Under the pieces are notes generated by a model that was not told the DNA's origin, did no database searches, and worked only from the letters and a program-made list of their open reading frames with translations. Made by a program: the position numbers and the translations under genes. From Sphingobacteriia bacterium (lineage in GTDB: Bacteria > Bacteroidota > Bacteroidia > NS11-12g > UBA955): a stretch of 62,388 bases of DNA. The stretch is from positions 1-62,388 of the forward strand of contig JAGKXC010000003.1 of assembly GCA_021151535.1 (NCBI GenBank), given 5' to 3'. Every line of letters starts with the position of its first letter. The stretch's first letter is position 1. Shown here one piece after another: positions 60,078 through 62,388 of this stretch.

Positions 60078-61955
60078 ATGGATCGTAATTCTATTATCGG
60101 ATTTTCTCTCATTTTCCTTATCCTCATGGGATATGCGTGGTACACATCGCCTACAGACGCTGAACTGGCGGCCAAACGCAGCAAGGATTCAATTGAATTG
60201 GTTAAGCAGGAGCTGTTGAAAAAAACAGATGGGGTGGCGGTTAAGCAGGATTCTCTTGGAAATTCAACTGCTGCGGCTAAAACAGCTATGGTTGATTCCG
60301 TATTATTAAATGGATTGGGAAGTATGGCAAAACAAGCCAATACCGCTGCCAATTTTGAAGGGAAGGAAGTAGAAAAAGTTGTAAAAATTGCCAATAAAGA
60401 AGTTTCATTAGAAATTCTTACAAAAGGCGCAAGTATTGGCAAAGTAACGTTGAACAATTATAAGCGTTCGGATAGTTCAGCACTTGTGTTGTTAGATGAG
60501 GCTCACAGCCAATGGTTCTTTGAAATTTTTACTGCAAATGGTGCTTTAAAATCGTCTGATTTTATTTGGAATGTAGTAGAAGCCAATGCAAACAGCGTTC
60601 GTTTGAGATTGGGCGATACTTCGCGATACATCGATTTGTTTTATAGTTTAAATCCTGAAGGATTTGTGGTAAACAAGCAAATGATTTTGCATGGTATGGA
60701 CCAACTGGTGAAAACCAGAAATACGGGAATTCGTTTGGAATGGAATGCTACATTACAAAAACAAGAGAAGGATATTAAGTGGGAAAATCAAAATTCTACA
60801 ATCGCTTATAAATTAGAAAAGGCCAACCCAGATAAATTGTCTGAAGCTTCTGAAAGTCAGGAAGAATTAAAGGGTCCATTGCAGTGGGTAGCATTTAAGC
60901 AACAATATTTCTCTTGTGTACTGGCTTCAGCAACGGGCTTTTCTACAGATGCCAAATTATCTTGGAAAGCTATTCCGGAAGACAAACAATTGAAAACCAA
61001 TGAGGTAAAGGATATGCATGCTGAGATGTATTTGGATTTTGAAAGTGAGAAGCACAAGGTTTATAACCTTTCATATTATTTCGGACCAAACCAATACTAT
61101 ACGATGCAGGAAGCACAATTGGGCATTGAAAACCACCAATTACAGCGTGTTATTCCTATGGGTTGGGGTATTTTTGGTTGGGTGAACCGCTATGTCGTAG
61201 TGCCTGTTTTCCATATGTTGGAAGGCGTAATTGGCAGCATGGGTATCATCATTTTGTTGTTAACCGTTATCATTAAAACGGTTTTGTTGCCGTTGGTATA
61301 TAAGTCCTACATTTCAACCGCTAAGATGAGAATTCTAAAGCCTGAGTTGGATGTAATTAAGGAAAAGCATGGCAGTGATTTGCAGAAAATGCAGTCTGAG
61401 AATATGGAATTGTATCGTAAGGCAGGGGTATCTCCATTGAGTGGTTGTGTGCCCATGTTGTTACAATTGCCAATTTTGTTTGCGATGTTCCAGTTTTTTC
61501 CAAATGCTTTTGAATTGCGTCAGAAGACATTTTTATGGGCGCATGATTTAAGTCAATTCGATGGTCCTTATTTGGGTTTTACCATTCCATTCTATGGCGA
61601 TCACGTAAGTTTCTTTACTTTGTTGATGACGATTTCAACCTTGATTTACACCCACTTAAACAATCAAATTTCAGGTGTTACAGGTCAGATGAAATACATT
61701 GGTTACATAATGCCAATCATTTTCTTAGGTGTATTGAATAGTTATGCTAGCGGATTAACTTGGTATTACTTTGTGAGTAACATGATTACATTTACTCAAC
61801 AGTGGGTAATCAGAAGAACGGTTGATGATCAGAAGTTGCATGCGCAGATTGCTGAAAATAGGAAGAAGCCAGTTACGAAGTCTAAGTTCCAGCAGAGAAT
61901 GGAAGAGGCGATGAAGGCTAGTCAGCAAAAACAGGCTGCGGCGAAGCGCAAATAA
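60078..61955 (+). CDS. yidC: Membrane protein insertase YidC
   Basis: MDRNSIIG TM1, WVAFKQQYFS, YFGPN, GWG, GIIILLLT, KMRILKPE, SPLSGCVPMLLQLPI, FLWAHDLS, YYFVSN. Confidence 0.96.
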   Translation: MDRNSIIGFSLIFLILMGYAWYTSPTDAELAAKRSKDSIELVKQELLKKTDGVAVKQDSLGNSTAAAKTAMVDSVLLNGLGSMAKQANTAANFEGKEVEKVVKIANKEVSLEILTKGASIGKVTLNNYKRSDSSALVLLDEAHSQWFFEIFTANGALKSSDFIWNVVEANANSVRLRLGDTSRYIDLFYSLNPEGFVVNKQMILHGMDQLVKTRNTGIRLEWNATLQKQEKDIKWENQNSTIAYKLEKANPDKLSEASESQEELKGPLQWVAFKQQYFSCVLASATGFSTDAKLSWKAIPEDKQLKTNEVKDMHAEMYLDFESEKHKVYNLSYYFGPNQYYTMQEAQLGIENHQLQRVIPMGWGIFGWVNRYVVVPVFHMLEGVIGSMGIIILLLTVIIKTVLLPLVYKSYISTAKMRILKPELDVIKEKHGSDLQKMQSENMELYRKAGVSPLSGCVPMLLQLPILFAMFQFFPNAFELRQKTFLWAHDLSQFDGPYLGFTIPFYGDHVSFFTLLMTISTLIYTHLNNQISGVTGQMKYIGYIMPIIFLGVLNSYASGLTWYYFVSNMITFTQQWVIRRTVDDQKLHAQIAENRKKPVTKSKFQQRMEEAMKASQQKQAAAKRK

Positions 61956-61959
61956 GGGT

Positions 61960-62388
61960 TTAGCATACGGAGAACTGTTGATGTTTTTCGGAGGCGATAA
62001 GGCCTAGGATTTCTAGTTGGGTTAATTCTGCGGAGAGTTGAGCAGAGGTGAGCTGGGTTAGCAGGATTAACTGGTCGAACTGGGTGTAACCTTGTTGCAT
62101 TTGGTCTAAGATACGGAGTTGTTGGTCGGAAAGTTCCGGATGATTTTTATACACGGAAGGGTTTGAGTTTTGGATGGTGCCGAGGGGTTTGGCTGGAATG
62201 AGGTGAGGTGCTAATTGTTGAACAAGGTCTACGGCGTTATGGCAAAGGAAGGCCATGTTTTTTTGGATGAGATAATTGCAACCGGCGTTTGACAGGTCTT
62301 GCGGGCGGCCTGGTACTGCGAACACATCCCGGCCGAGGTGGTTGCCTATACTGGCTGTTACCATGCTGCCACCTTTTATATTGCTTTC
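61960..62388 (-). CDS. dprA: DNA-processing protein DprA, C-terminal part (5'-truncated by the window edge)
   Basis: ESNIKGGSMVTA...GRDVFAVPGR...GCNYLIQ followed by a winged helix (LTQLEILGLI). Confidence 0.88.
   Translation of the reverse strand, partial: ESNIKGGSMVTASIGNHLGRDVFAVPGRPQDLSNAGCNYLIQKNMAFLCHNAVDLVQQLAPHLIPAKPLGTIQNSNPSVYKNHPELSDQQLRILDQMQQGYTQFDQLILLTQLTSAQLSAELTQLEILGLIASEKHQQFSVC

Overview
A 62 kb chromosomal segment from a Bacteroidota bacterium, judged by its T9SS cargo and PorP, SusC/SusD, TAnnTTTG promoters and split atpDC. It is mostly housekeeping and envelope genes: PIF1-like helicase (partial), fused 2-oxoacid dehydrogenase E1, meaB, tsaD, tamB, uppP, ftsX, purL, polX, GT9, secDF, lysA, lptD, amidase, mlaD, atpDC, yidC and dprA (partial). 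Interspersed are four large T9SS-secreted multidomain proteins, a PorP/SprF, a CAZyme-less SusC/SusD cluster and two ECF sigma factors. I saw no tRNA, rRNA, CRISPR array or mobile element. The main signals are: (1) an ECF sigma paired with a probable envelope-spanning anti-sigma, whose upstream motif TTGCAACCTTT-N11-CGTCAT recurs identically spaced 47 kb away, in front of a 1378-aa GEVED/PKD/CUB/Ig T9SS surface protein; (2) a duplicated TTTGTTTAA-N16-TTAAACAAA operator-like array upstream of an ECF sigma/lycopene cyclase pair; (3) a PorP/SprF fused to a SPOR-like domain; (4) a PolX with a degenerate polymerase site but intact PHP motifs; (5) widespread near-leaderless promoter architecture. 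All family assignments come from recognising motifs by eye, not from database searches.
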